64,000 bases of DNA from Squalus acanthias (lineage: Eukaryota). The notes under the pieces were generated by a model, which was not told where the DNA came from, did not search any database, and was given only the letters and a program-made list of their open reading frames with translations. The stretch covers positions 558,001 to 622,000 of the forward strand of contig CM059433.1 in the NCBI GenBank assembly GCA_030390025.1, given 5' to 3'. This document shows, piece after piece, positions 35,501-50,500 of this stretch (positions within the stretch are counted from its first letter, which is position 1; the number at the start of each line of letters is the position of its first letter). A program made the position numbers and the translations under genes.

Positions 35501-38500
35501 AGAAAAAGTTGGGGCTTGTCCATTCAAGTGTAAGTGAATTTTTAATGGCATACTAAGTCTTAATTTCTGCTAAACAACCTCTCGGCCACTGAAAATTTAC
35601 TTTTTACAAGTGTGGAGTTTCATTCCTTCAGATTTTAATTATTGTTGGATATTTAAAATATATTTTTTTAAATTATTTTTTCTTTCTGTCTCTCTCTTAA
35701 TCCCATCTTTCTTTCCTTCTCTTTCTGTACATGATTTTACATATTCTAACTTGCACTTCCTGGTTTAGACTCTGCGGGCTGGATTTTGTGAATGGAGACC
35801 AGTTGGAGGCGGGACTGCTGCTTGTCGGGTCTATGTCCCGCCTCCATCAGCTTCTGGCCAACCAGAGAGATTTTCCCCTGATTGACCTTGTTAAGCCCGC
35901 CCTGCGGGCTCAGCAGGCCAATTAGGGGAAAGTCACTGACAGAGCACGTTAACGTCTGACGTGCCATCTGTCAAGACTTCTTGAAAGAAGAAATGTCAGC
36001 GTTTGACAGCTCTGTGAAGCTGTCAAACACTGACATTCTGTGTAGTTTGATGAGCCCTAGTGTTCAGGACTCATCAAACCTTTCAACTTTGTAGATTTCA
36101 GATGACTGTTGGTTCGGAGGATCCAACAGCCAGTCTGTGAAATTTGCAAGGAAGATGTCTGGACTCCGGATCCAGAGCGGATGAAGGCTGTAGGCAGAAA
36201 CCAAGGTAAGTGAACATTTTTTAACACTTAACACTCACCTTACATACTTACCAATCCATACTTTCACCCATCACTCACCTCTACATCTTACTTTCAGGCC
36301 CCTCCGACCCCCACAGACCTACTCGACTCCTCAACCCGGCGGGGTTCTCCAAGGTCGGGAAGCCTTCACCTGAAAAGGCAAAATGGGACTAATCCTTTTT
36401 TCTGCCTGTTAACAGGCAGTTAAAAGGATTTAATCCCTTTGCCGCCTCCAGGAGACGAGACCCGAAGCAGCACATCTTCCTGCCTCCTGGCAAAAGGGCA
36501 TGGGGGCGGGTTTGCCATCCGCCCCCACTTTCTGCAACTTTACCGGCAGTCCCGCCTCCATACCCGCCTCCTCGGGGCTGAGAAAATCCAGCCCTGCGTG
36601 TCTCAGTAAGGATTCTTCAGTCTGATTGGTTGAGGAGACACCCTGTTGCTTGTCCTGTTCACACAGGCCCCAGATCCCCTGTAGAGGGTGCCGTGCTATT
36701 TTGGCTCTCTAATTACAACAAATCACAGTGTAAAAGCTCACAGAAAGTCTGTAGGTAAGTGTAATGAATGGCAAGCTCTGTTTGTTCGCGACTGACCGTG
36801 AAATCCGGGCCATGAAATTTAGCTAAACAGGGCATACCAGTTTATGGTGAAGAGTCTATTCAGTTCCTGATGCATACATTTTCTCTCTCTCTGCTTATAA
36901 ATTTTTTTTTTAGAAGGTACACCACATGTAAACAATGTGTACTGCAGTGGGCACTGCAATTAAGTCCCCCTTATCCAGAATGCCATGCTGAAAATCCCCT
37001 TTCTTAGACATGCCCATGCATTGTAATTATTTCCCCATCAATCAGAACATGGGCTGCACTTGCAAAGGTTTGCTAAGTCATCAAACTACTGCTTTGGATG
37101 AAACTGACTTAATTAAGTTACCTAATGTTAACATCATATGCTACATGTTTCTAAGAAGTTATTTGCAGCTGAGAGAATTACACACATGAGGGACTTGTCA
37201 GACTCATTACCATAATGACATCCTGACTTGGAAATATATCGCCGTTCCTTCATCGTGGGTCAAAATCCTGGAACTCCCTCCTAACAGCACTGTGGAGTAC
37301 CTTCACCACATGGATTGCAGCGGTTCAAGAAGGCAGCTCACCACCACCTTCTCAAGGGCAATTAGGGATGGGCAATAAATGCTGGTCTTGCCAGCGACGC
37401 CCACATCCCATGAATGAATAAAAAAATATATAATCTGCTTAACTGCAGAGCTGAAATTTAATAAAGAATCTCAGCTTTAGTTGTTCAGCATATGCTCAGA
37501 GTATATTGGACCAAAGCCAAAACTGCACCTTCTGTGCCCCAAAACGGATAATAGGCAAACTGGTGAACATCTAGTAATGATTCAGTCTGACTCCATGTAA
37601 TGAAAAATTAAGTATTTTGACTGTTCATAGCTGTTGATGTTAAAGAATTAGGCCCCATGTCATTCATAAATGTCCAGTAGTCATATGAAATAGGGAAAGC
37701 TGAGTCCCACAATGGTCAGTGAATGCTTCTCTTAATATTGTGCAATATTCAGGACTGTAGGTGGATTCTTGCGTTATAAAATATAATGAATTATTTTTTT
37801 ATATTTTAGAACAAGACTCTGCCTATAGAAAATACAACTGATTGTTTAAGTACAATGGCTAGTGTATGCAAAGTCATGCTGGAAACACCGTAAGTATGAT
37901 CCAGAAATAGCAGTATTTTATATTTGCAAATTACTGTGGCATCTCTATGTTGATTAGCCTAACTATTACACTTGAGATCCTGTTATATGCACTGCTTATG
38001 GCTGTCTCTAAAAGAGAATCTGTGTACATAGCAATGCATCTATGACAAATATTTTGTGCATCTCCCAAAGATCGTCTGACAGAGAGAACCTGATGTGCAG
38101 TGAGATGTACAAATAATTATTCGATACTTGCTGACTATTTTGTTTTGTATATTCCAAGAGTATACTAATAGCATTTGGATTATGTGGAATGCAGGGGATT
38201 ATAGAAAAATAGTCTGTCATAATGCATAGCATTATTTACCTTAATCTACCAATTAAAAAATCTATGCGTTAAGTGCTTTGAGATATATAAGAACATAAGA
38301 AATAGGAGCAGGAGTAGGCCATTTGTCCCCTCGAGCCTGCTCTGCCATTTAATGAGATCATGGCTGATCTGATCTTGGGCTCAGCTCCATTTCCCTGCCC
38401 ACTCCCCATAACCCTTCACTCCCTTATTGTTCAAAAATCTGTCTATCTCCACCTTAAATATATGCAATGACCCAGCCTCCACAGCTCTCTGGGGCAGAGA

Positions 38501-41500
38501 ATTCCACAGATTTACGTCCCTCTGAGAGAAGAAATTCCTCCTCATCTCAGTTTTAAATGGGCGACCCCTTATTCTGAAACTATGCCCCCTAGTTCTAGAT
38601 TTCCCCATGAGGGGAAACATCTTCTCTGCATCTACCTTGTCGAGCCCCCTCAGTATCTTATATGTTTCAATAAGATCACCTCTCATTCTTCTAAACTCCA
38701 ATGAGTATAGGCCCAACCTGCTCAACCTTTCTTCATAAGTCAACCCCTTCATCTCAGGAATTAACCTAGTGAACCTTCTCTGCACTGCCTCCAATACAAG
38801 TGTATCCTTCCTTAAATAAGGAGACCAAAACTGTACGCAGTACTCCAGGTGTGGTCTCACCATTACCCTGTACAGTTGTAGCAGGACATCCCTGCTTTTA
38901 TACTCCAACCCCCATCAATATATTGATGACCTAAGATGCTAAATAAATGCTGGGATGTGTTTCTTTCCTTCGCTTGCTGGCGGTGAGTAATTTTTTTATC
39001 AGCAAAACAAGATCATCATGAAAACCGAAGAAATTTAAAATTGTCTCCTGTGTAACTCATAAGTAGCTCACTTCTATCGGCAACAGTAGAAAAGTACTAT
39101 AAAGTAGTTTATTATTATTCAATATTGTAAATGTTTTTTAATATTACTTCCAAGTTATATTTTAATTTTTTTTTTATTTAGGGAGTACAAGAGCAGATTC
39201 ACCAATGACGAAACTCTGCTGTTCTGTATGAGAGTGATGGTGGGCGTCATCATACTTTATGATCATGTACATCCTGTGGGAGCATTTGCAAAAACATCAA
39301 AAATTGATGTAAGGAAATATATGTGGGAGAAAATAAGCACTATTGTTGTGCCGAGTAAGAATGAGAAACAGGAGTGCTGTACGAGGCTGTTGAGTTTTAT
39401 TGGGTCTTAAAATGCACTCTAATCTTCAGTGTTGATTTTTATTGACACCAGCTACCTTCTTTGTTACCATCTGATTTATGAGATTAGAAAATGCTGGTTT
39501 GCATCCTGTCAAACCCCAGGTACCCGATAATTAGTGATTGGTCCCTGACAGAAATATCAACCATATCTCTGTTTTCCATTCTCTACATCTATGATCATTT
39601 CCACTGGCTCTCCCTTGGTCCAAAAGTAGCCAATTTCCCTCATTGATCTCTTTCACATGTTTATTAGTAAACCAAAACAGATATATCCATTACTGACTTT
39701 TTGGAAATTTTCTCACCTAGTCACATTGTGACTTTGTCCAGTTTCCCCATAGCCAACTCTCTGATTGAACTTGCAATCTTTAGTAGCCATCTAGAGACTG
39801 AATACAAAACAAATAAGGAGCATCCTAATTGTGTAGGATGGATAGATCATAGAAGACCCGTTTTTTATCAATCCAGGCATTTGAGTTTACAATTTTGGTG
39901 CTATTTTGAGTGGTTGGGTGATGTAGTTTGCTTCTGTCTGTGCCCTCACATTAGACAGCCATATCAAGAAACTGAATTCCAATTAGTGAGTGAGTCTGTG
40001 GTGCAAGTACTCTGCGGACAGGAATAGCCAGCTGCCAGGCCTATGTGACTAATTAATACCAGTTACACCTATTTTAGGAGAAAATGCTCCTCTTATTTGC
40101 CACTTGATGTTCTGCTCAGTCAACTCCAGAACAAACAGCGCTATCAGTATTTTGCACTAAATGTCAGTGTTGGTGAATCGAGAAATGATGAATCAAAATA
40201 AACTGAAAAGGAAGGTGAGCCAGAAGCATAAGCACCAACTTCTAGCTATAAAGTAACATCAGTGGTACTCTACAAGAAGGAAATGTGACTTAAATGAGGA
40301 AGAGCAGGAAAAACAAGCTGGAAACTTTTTGTGGGGCAGCAAAAAATAAAGACTGAATTTTACACTTAGAAATTTTCAGTTAGGAGTCAGTTACATCAAA
40401 AATGTACCTAGACCCTTTTCTTGTGAGATGATTCAGTGGTATTGTTGCTCTCTGATATCTCTCTAATTTATCAGATAGAGACATTTAGTTGGTGTCAGAC
40501 AACATGCAATGTAACAGATACTTAGAGCACGAATGTCAATAAATTTCTGCTGCTACACTTGCTGTGCACTTATGTTGATTTGTCAACTCAAATTTTATTT
40601 GATAAATTTATAGTAAAGATTATTTGCAGACATTAAATGGAAATCCAGATTGTTAACAGGAAATGGGTGATTCCCATTGGAGATTTAGGTGAATTCTGAG
40701 CTTTGTTTTATGGCATTTTAATGGGATTCTAAGAGTACACTTGATTTGAAACAAACTCGTTGAAGAGATGGATGGCTTAAATTCTTCCAGCATATTAAAG
40801 ACCATAACAGGGCATTACATTAAATTATACTAGCAGTCTAAAGAGAGAATAATAATATAAAACTTCACTAGAGCAAAATAAAAATGCCTGTATTACTTAT
40901 CGTGATCTTTAATGAAACTAATGACTGCTTCTGTTGTATCTCAGATGAAAGGATGCATAAAAGTTTTGAAAGAGCAGCCACCAAACAATGTGGAAGGTCT
41001 TCTGAATGCACTCAGGTAAGATCTATTTTTTCCCCCCAACCAACCAGAAAATATTTGTCTCCTTTTTATAATCAATATTAAGGCACACGTAAAATTTTGC
41101 ACTACAAAAAGAGTGCAGTTTGCTTTATCTTTGATTACTTTATAGCGAACATCTAATATCTAGTCAGCTCCACACAGTTTCAGCCCTGAGGCATGAAAAT
41201 GATCAAGTCTCAATTTTTCCATCATATATTAAAAAGTACTGCTACATTCATATGTTCGTATACAACTGCACACAGCGTTTCAGAGTGAGTGTCTCCATAT
41301 CTCCCCCCCCCCCCCCCCCCCCCCCCCCCCGGCCCCTTTCCTCGTTCTTCACCTCTAAAGGGTAGCCTAGGGTGCACTCCTAGGACTCCTTTAAGCTTTC
41401 CATGGTTAAGAACATACTGGGGAAAACATTGTGCTGTCACATTGTACATTTCGGTGGAGGCATAATTAAGGAGTGGCTTTCCATTTGTGAGGTACGTCAG

Positions 41501-44500
41501 TGTTCCAGAAGCAATAGCAGTTTCAGGGATGGCAGGACATATCTTGCTGGATGAGCTGGTATTTGCTTGAAAGGATATGACTTGATCCATGTCTAGCAGT
41601 TAGTGAAGTTCTGTGATGCATTTCTCATATCAAGCTTTGAACCCCTTCAAGACTTAAGACTTCTGGAGTTCACTGATGTGCCATATTAAGCAATGCAATG
41701 GACATACCGTAGGTTAGGCAAATTACAGACTTGCATCCAGACTATGAGGTGAGTTCTTCCTACCTCATATTTGTTCTAAAACTAAGACTGCCCATTTCCA
41801 CCTTTGTAATATCGGCCATCTCTGCCCTTGCGTCAACTTATCTGCTGAAACCCTCAGCCATGCCTTTATCACCTCTAGACATGACTATTCCAATGCATTC
41901 CTGGCCGGCCTCCCTAGTTCTACTCGCCAATAAACTTGAGGTGATCCAAACCTCTGCCGCCCATGTGCTAACTCACACCAGACCCCACTCATCCAACTCC
42001 CCTGTGCTTGCTGACCTACATTGGCTCCCAGTTAAGCAATGCCTCGATTTTAAAATTCTCATTCTTGTTTTCAAATCCCTCCATGGCCTCGCCCCTCCTT
42101 ATCTATGTAATCTTCTCCAGCCCTATAATCCCCCTAGACCTCTGCGCTCTGCCGATTCTGGCCTTTTGAACATACCTGATTTTAAATGCTCCACCATTGG
42201 CGGTCGTGCCTTCAGCTGCCTAGGTCCTAAGCTCTGGAATTCCTTCCCTAAGTCTTTCCACCTCTCCACTTCTCTTTCCTCCTTTAAGATGCTCCTTAAG
42301 AACATAAGAAATAGGAGCAGGAGTAGGCCATTCGGCCCTTCGAGCCTGCTCCGCCATTCAATGAGATCATGGCTGATCTTCTGCCTCAATTCCATTCACC
42401 GGGCTTATCGCCATATCCCTTGATGCCCTTACCAGTCAGAAATCTATCGACTTCTGTTTTGAATATACCCAATGACTGAGCCTCCACAGCCCTCTGGGGT
42501 AGAGAATTCCAAAGATTCACCACCCTCTGTGTGAAGAAATTTCTTCTCATCTCAGTCCTGAATGGCCTACCCTTTATCCTGAGGCTGTGGCCCCTGGTTC
42601 TAGACTCCCCAGCCAAGGGAAACATTCTCCCAGCATCCACCCTATCAAGCCCTGTAATAATTTTGTATGCTTCAATGAGATCCCCTCTCATTCTTCTGAA
42701 TTCAAGAGAATACAGGCCTAGTTTACTCAATCTCTTCTCATACGACAGTCCCGCCATCCCAGGAATCAATCTCGTGAACCTTTGTTGCACTCTCTCTATG
42801 GCAAGTATATCCTTCCTTAGGTAAGGAGACCAAAATTGTACACAGTCCAGGTGTGGTCTCACCAAGTCCCTATATAATTGGAGTAAGACTTCTTTACCCT
42901 GTACTCAAATCCTCTTGTAATGAAGGCCAGCATACCATTTGCCTTCCTAATGGCTTGCTGCACCTGCACATTCACTTCCAGTGACTCATGTACAAGGACA
43001 CCCAGGTCCCTTTTGAGCATCTGCATTCCCCAATCTTTCACCATTTAGGAAATACTCTGCCTTTCTGTTTTTTCTACCAAAGTGGATAACTTCACATTTA
43101 TCCACATTATATCCATCTGCGATGTTCTCGCCTACTCACTGAGCCAGTCGAGATCCCCTTGAAGCCTCTTCACATCCTCTTCGCAACTGACACTGCCACC
43201 TAGCTTTGTGTCATCAGCAAATTTGGAAATGTTACATTTAGTCCCCTCATCCAAATCATGTGATAAACATTGTGAATAGCTGGGGCCCAAGCACCAATCC
43301 TTGCGGTACCCCACTAGTCACAGCCTGCCATCCTGAAAAAGACACGTTTATCCCTACTCTTTGTTTTCTGTCTGTTAACCAATTCTCAATTCTCTTAAAA
43401 CCTACCTCTTTGACCAAACTTTTTGTCATCTGCCCTAACATCTCCTTATATGGCTCGGTGTCATTTTTTTTTTGATAACACTCCTGTGACGCGCCTTGGG
43501 ATGTTTTATTGTGTTAAAGGCGCTATATAAATATAAGTTGTTGTTGAGTTGTCCCAATATGCACCCAGTTTTAAATGTAGTAGGCAAGCGGAAGGAGCGC
43601 ACGTCAACCCAAGCACCCCACCCACCCGCCCCTTCAACCACCGTCTGCCCCACCTGTGACAGAGACTGTAGAACTCATTTTTGGTGTGGAAGCAAGTCAT
43701 CCTCGGTTCTGAGGGACTGCCTAAGAAGAAGAGAAGAGTAGGCACTTAACCATTGCTGAATTTTTCTGCTCATCAAGATGAAGGATGTTTGTGCTGGAGA
43801 ATGAAGGTACCAATGGACAGCATTACTCAATCCCAGGACAGGTATTACACATGTTAAATGCAGAACAGTATTCCCAGCACTCCGACTTAGCAATGTTCTT
43901 TGGTTTGTTTTCCCTTGAGTTTAGAAGGTTGAGGGTTCATCTAATTGAGGTGTTTAAAATGATAAAGGAATTTGATAGAATAGATTTTTGTTAGGTAAGG
44001 GGGTATCAAGGGATATGGAGCAAAGGCAGGTAAATGGAGTTCAGGTACAGATCAGCCATGATTTAATAGTATGGCAGAACCAACTTGAAGGCCCTACTCC
44101 TGTTCTTACGTTCCTCAGCCCTGAGCTCAGAGGGGCATCCCTGCTTTATATAGTATGCTACTTTCCATTTTCCAGAACTGCCCTTTCTTTGGTATCCCAT
44201 CTGAATGAGATTACAGTACTAATAGTTTTGTGTTGTGTTCCATGCTCGCTAGAACTGGGTTGAAGCAGTTCAAAATCATATATTTAGGACCTTCACAGTC
44301 AGCAGAGAGACAGTGGGCTTGATTGGAAGCCAGGCTCCCGAGATGAAAGAACATTGTGGTAACCCATTGTGTCACCAAGGGCTGGATTTTCTCAGCGGTG
44401 TCGGGATGGTGGCAGGATAGCTGGTTGCCGGGTTCCGGTCCCGCTCCCGGCTGCAGCCGCGCTGTCAAAGGGATTTTCCCTTGATTGGGCTTGTTAAGCC

Positions 44501-47500
44501 CCGCCCTGCGTGCTTCCCGGCCAATTAACAGGAAGTGAGTCTGATGACGTCATTTGATGATGCGTCATCAGCCGGTTTCCTTAAAGGGACCACGGCCACA
44601 TTGAGTTTGACAGTTGTTCTGAGGTGCTGCAAGCACTGCACAAAGGTGGACGGCTGCACCCAAGCTCTCCCATGACTCCCTCCATATACTTATGGAGGGA
44701 GTCACAGCACGCAGGGAGGTTCTCTTCCCTTCCACGGGTGGAAGACACCTCCCCAGGACACCAAAGCAGCCTGGTTGCACATAGCACAGGAGGGCAAAAG
44801 CAGGGATGTTGTCAGGAGTCCCCGGCTGCAGTGGCGCCAACCTTTCAATGATCTCAGTAGATCACGAAATGTTACTGTTAAGCCGCACTCAAACTCACCC
44901 CGCTGTGCCACTCAACACATCCCCATCACTCTGCCTTCCCTATCCTTCTCCTGCACGTCCTTACTCACACCAACTTACCTTGCACCTCCACCCATCCCTC
45001 TCTATCTACATTATCACTCCCCATCTCAGTAGCCACCCCTCACACTCACCCTCATCCTACTGTAAGCATACAAAGGTATGAGGACAGAGTTGGCTAAAGT
45101 GGACTGGGAAAATAGATTAAAGGATAAGACGGTAGATGAGCAGTGGCAGACATTTAAGGAGATATTTCATAACTCTCAGCAAAGGTTTATTCCAGTGAGA
45201 AAGAAAGACTCGACGAGAAGGATGAACCATCCGTGGCTAACAAAGGAAGTTAAGGATGGTATCAAATTGAAAGAAAAGGCATACAATGTTGCAAAAATTA
45301 GTGGTAGGCCAGAGGATTGGGAAATTTTTAGAAACCAGCAAAGGATGACTAAAAAAATAATAAAGAGGGAGAAGATAGATTGAGAGTAAACTAGCAAAAA
45401 ATATAAAAACAGACAGTAAGAACATCTACAGGTATATAAAAAGGAAGAGAGCAGCTAAAGTAAATGTTGGTCCCTTAGAGGATGAGACTGGGGAATTAAT
45501 AATGGGAAACGGAAATGGCAGAGACTTTGAACAAATATTTTGTATCGGTCTTCACAGTAGAAGACACTAAAAGCATCCCAATAATAATTGATAATCAAGG
45601 GGCTATAGGGAGAGAGGAACTTAAAACAATCACTATCACTAGAGAAAAAGTACTAGGCAAACTAATGGGACTAAAGGCTGACAAGTCCCCTGGATCTGAT
45701 GACCTGCATCCTAGGGTCTTAAAAGAAGTGGCTGCAGAGATAGCGGATGCATAGGATTACATAAGATATACGGCACAGAAACACCATTCAGCCCAACCAG
45801 TCCATGCCGACGTTTATGCTCCACACAAGCCTCCTCCCATCTTTCCTTATCTAAATCCATCATCATAACCCTCTATTTCCTTTTCCCTCATATGCTTGTC
45901 TAACCTCCCCTTAAATGCTTCCATACTATTCACTCCCTGTGGTCGCGAGTTCCACATACTCATCACTCTTTGGGTAAAGAAGTTTCTTCTGAATTCCCGA
46001 TTGGATTTCTTGGTGAGTATCTTATATTGATGGCCTCTAGTTATGCTTTTCCCCACAAGTAGAAACTTTCTGTACCCACTCTATCAAAAAATTTCATGAT
46101 TTTAAAGACTTCTATTAGGTCACCCCTCAGCCTTTTTTCAAGAGAAAAGCGACCCAGCCTGTTCATCCTTTCCTGATATGTATACCTCGCATTTCTGGTA
46201 TCATCCTTGTAAATGTTCTCTGCACCCTCTCCAGTGCCTCTATATCCTTTTAATAATATGGCGACCAGAACTGTACGCAGTGTGGTCTAATCGTTGGTTG
46301 TAATCTACCAAAATTCCCTGGATTCTGGAGAGATCCCAGTGGATTGGAAAACCGCAAATGTAACTCCCCTATTCAAGAAAGGAGGGAGACAGAAAGCAGG
46401 AAATTATAGGCCAGTTAGCCTAACATCTGTCATTGGGAAAATGCTGGAATCCATTATGAAGGAAGTAATAGCAGGACATTTAGAAAATCATAATACAATC
46501 AAGCAGAGTCAACATGGTTTTATGAAAGTGAAATTTACTAGAGATCTTTGAGGATGTAACGAGCAGGGTGGATAAAGGGGAACCAGTAGATGTAGTGTAT
46601 TTGGATTTCCAGAAGGCATTCGATAAGGTGCCACATAAAAGGTTACTGCATAAGATAAGAACTCACGGGGTTGGGGGTAATATATTAGCATGGATAGAGG
46701 ATTGGCTAACTAACAGAAAACAGAGTGTTGGGATAAATGGGTCATTTTCAGGTTGGCAAACTGTAACTAGTGGGGTGCCACAGTGTTCAATGCTGGGTCC
46801 TCAACTATTTACAATCTATATTAGTGACTTGGATGAAGGGACCGAGTGCACAGTCGCCAAATTTGCTGATGATACAAAGATAGGTGGGAAAGCAAGTTGT
46901 GAGGAGGACACAGAGTCTGCAAAGGGATATCGACAGGCTAAGTGAGTGGGCAAAAATTTGGCAGCTGGAGTATAATGTGGAAAAATGTGAGGTTATCCAC
47001 TTTGGTAGGAAGAATAAAAAAGCAAATTATTATTTAAATGGAGAGAGACTACAAAATGCTGCGGTACAGAGGGATCTGGGGATCCTTGTACTTGAAACAC
47101 AAAAAGCTAGCATGCAGGTACAGCAAGTAATTATGAAGGCAAATGGAATGTTGGCCTTTATTACAAGGGGGATGGAGTATAAAGTAGGAAAGTCTTGCTA
47201 CAACTTTACAGGGCGCTGGTGAGACCACATCTGGAGTACTGCGTGCAGTTTTGGGCTCCTTATTTAAGGAGCGATATACTTGCATTGGAGGCAGTTCAGA
47301 GAAGGTTCACTGGGTTGATTCCTGAGATGAAGGGGTTGTCTTATGAAGAAAGGTTGAGCAGGTTGGGCTTATACTCATTGGAGTTTAGAAGAATGAGAGG
47401 TGATCATATTGAAACATATAAGATTCTGAGGGGGCTTGACAGGGTGGATGCTGAGAGGCTGTTTCCCCTTGTGGGGGAATCTAGAACTAGGGGGCATAGT

Positions 47501-50500
47501 TTCAGAATAAGGGGTCGCTCATTTAAAACGGAGATGAGGAGGAATTTCTTCTCTGAGGATCGTGAATCTTTGGAATTCTCTACCCCAGAGAGCTGTGGAG
47601 GCGGAGTCATTGAATATATTCAAGGCTGAGGTAGACAGATATTTGAGCTACAGGGGAGTCCAGGGTTATGGGGAGCGGGCGGGAAAGTGGAGTTGAGGCC
47701 AAGATCAGATCAGCCATGATCTTATTGAATGGTGGAGCAGGCTCAAGGGGCTAAATGGCCTACTCCTGCTCCTATTTCTTATGTTCTTATACCAAATAAT
47801 AACACACAAGGGAAGGCACTTGAGAGGTTTAGCCAATATCCATATGAAGTTTCTGGTAATGTGTTCCAGTACAGCTACAACACTGGCATCTATCCGACAA
47901 TGTGGAAAACTGCCCAGGTATGTCAGCAAAGTGATGGAAGGTGTCATCGACAGTGCTATCAAGCAGCACTTACTCACCAAAAAAAATCTGCTCACTGATG
48001 CCCAGTTTGGGTTCAGCCAAGACCACTCAGCTCCCGACCTCATTACAGCCTTGGTCCAAACATGGACAAAGGAGCTGAATTCCAGAGGTGAGGTGAGAGT
48101 GACTGCTCTTGACATCAAGGCAGCATTTGACTGAGTGTGGCATCAAGGAGCCCTAGTAAAACTGAAGTCAATGGGAATCGGGGGGAAAATGCTCCACTGG
48201 CTGGAGTCATACCTAGCACAAAGGAAGATGGTTGTGGTGGTTCAAGGTCAATCATCACAGCCCCAGGACATCGCTGCAGGAGTTCCTCAGGGCAGTGTCC
48301 TAGGCCCAACCATCTTCAGCTGCTTCATCAATGACCTTCCTTCCAACATAAGGTCAGAAATGGGGATGTTTGCTGATGACTGCACAGTGTTCAGCGCCAT
48401 TCACAACTCCTCAGATAATGAAGCAGTCCCGCATGCAACAAGAACTGGATGACGTTCAGGCTTGGGCTGATAAATGGCAGGTACCATTTGCGCCACAGAA
48501 GTGCCAGGCAATTACTATCTCCAACAAGCGAGATTTTAACCACCGCCCCTTGACATTCAACGGCATTACCATCGCTGAATCCCCCACCATCAACATCCTG
48601 GGGATCACCATTGACCAGAAACTTAACTGGACCAGCCGCATAAATACTGGGGCAACAAGAGCAGGTCAGAGGCTAGGTATTCTGTGGCGAGTGTCTCACT
48701 TCCTGACTCCCCAAAGCCTTTCCACCATCTCAAGGCACAAGTAAGGAGTGTGATGGAATACTCTGCTCTTGCCTGGATGAGTACAGCTCCAACAATACTC
48801 AAGAAGTTTGACACCATCCAGGACAAAGCAGTCCGCTTGATTGGCACCCCATCCACCACCTTAAACATTCACTCCCTCCACCACTGGTGTACCGTGGCTG
48901 CAGTGTGTACCATCTACAAGATGCACTGCAACAACTCGCCAAGGCTTCTTCGGCAGCACCTCCCAAACCCACGACCTCTTCCACCTAGAAGGACAAGGGC
49001 AGCAGGTGCATGGGAACACCACCACCTCCAAGTTCCCCTCCAAGTCACACACCATCCTGACTTAGAAGTATATCGCTGATTCTTCATCGTCGTTGGGTCA
49101 AAATCCCGGAACTCCCTATCTAACAGTACTGCGGGAGCACTTTAGCACAGCGGTTCAAGAAGGCGGCTCACAACCACCTTCTCAAGGGCAGTTAAGGATG
49201 GGCAATAAATGCTGGCCTTGCCAGCGACGGCCACATCCTATAAACGAATAAAAAAAAAATACAGTGAAATCTATATTTTCAACACTGCCCCTTATTGGAC
49301 AGATCTGTGCGCATCTCGAGAAGTGTCTTAATGATTTCCAGTGAATGTTGAGACATAACTTCCCCCCCCCCACCCCCCCGCTATAGTGATGTGTGCATGG
49401 AATGGCTTGGACATTAAAGGGATGCTTTACGTTGCTGGCGTGGGATGGTGTTAACCTGGTGCATCATGTGGCAGCTAGGGTTTACAGCGTCAAGGGAAAT
49501 AAATCAAGCCACGGTGATGCCATCGCTAGCCTCCTGGGCAGCAATGTGGTCGGGTGCTGATGCCCTGTGTCCTGTGCAACATCAAGTGATGGTGGAGAAG
49601 GTTGGTGCTGCTGGTGTGCCTGGTGATGTTGGTGTAGGGGCTAGAAAATGCTAGAGTCCATTATAAAGGATGTAATAGCTGAGCACTTGAAAAACAGTGA
49701 CAGGATCGGACAAAGTCAACATGGATTTACAAAAGGTAAATCGTGCTTGACTAATCTACTGGAATTTTTTGAGGATGTAACTGGGAAAATAGATAAGGGG
49801 AGAACCAGTAGATGTGGTGTATTTGGACTTTCAAAAGGCTTTCGATAAGGTCCCGCATAAGAGATTAGCGTGTAAAGTTCAGGCACATGGGATTGGGCGC
49901 AAGGTATTGACTTGGATAGAGAACTGGCGGACAGAAAGCAGAGAGTAGGAATTAATGGGCCTTTTTCCGAGTGGCAGGCAGTGACCAGTGGGGTACCGCA
50001 GGGTTCGGTCCTTGGACCCCAGCTATTCACAATATACATTAATGATCTGGATAAGGGAACTAAATGTAATATCTCCAAGTTTGCAGATGACACAAAGCTG
50101 GGTGGGCGTGTGTGCTCCGAGGAGGATACTGAGAAACTCCAGGATGATTTGGACAGGTTGGGTGAGTGGGCAGAAGCGTGGCAGATGCAATATAACGTGG
50201 ATAAATGCGAGGTTATCCACTTTGGTGTCAAAAATAGAAAGGCAGACTATTATCTGAATGGCAATAGATTGGGAGAAGGGGAAGTGCAACGAGACCTGGG
50301 TGTCCTTGTGCACCAATCACTGAAGGTAAGCATGCAGGTGCAGCAGGTGGTGAAGAAGGCAAATGGTATGTTGGCCTTCATAGCGAAAGGGTTTGAGTAT
50401 AGGAACAGGGATGTCCTGCTGCAGTTGTACAGGGCCTTGGTGAGACCACACCTTGAGTACTGTGTGCAGTTTTGGTCGCCTTATCTGAGGAAGGATGTTC

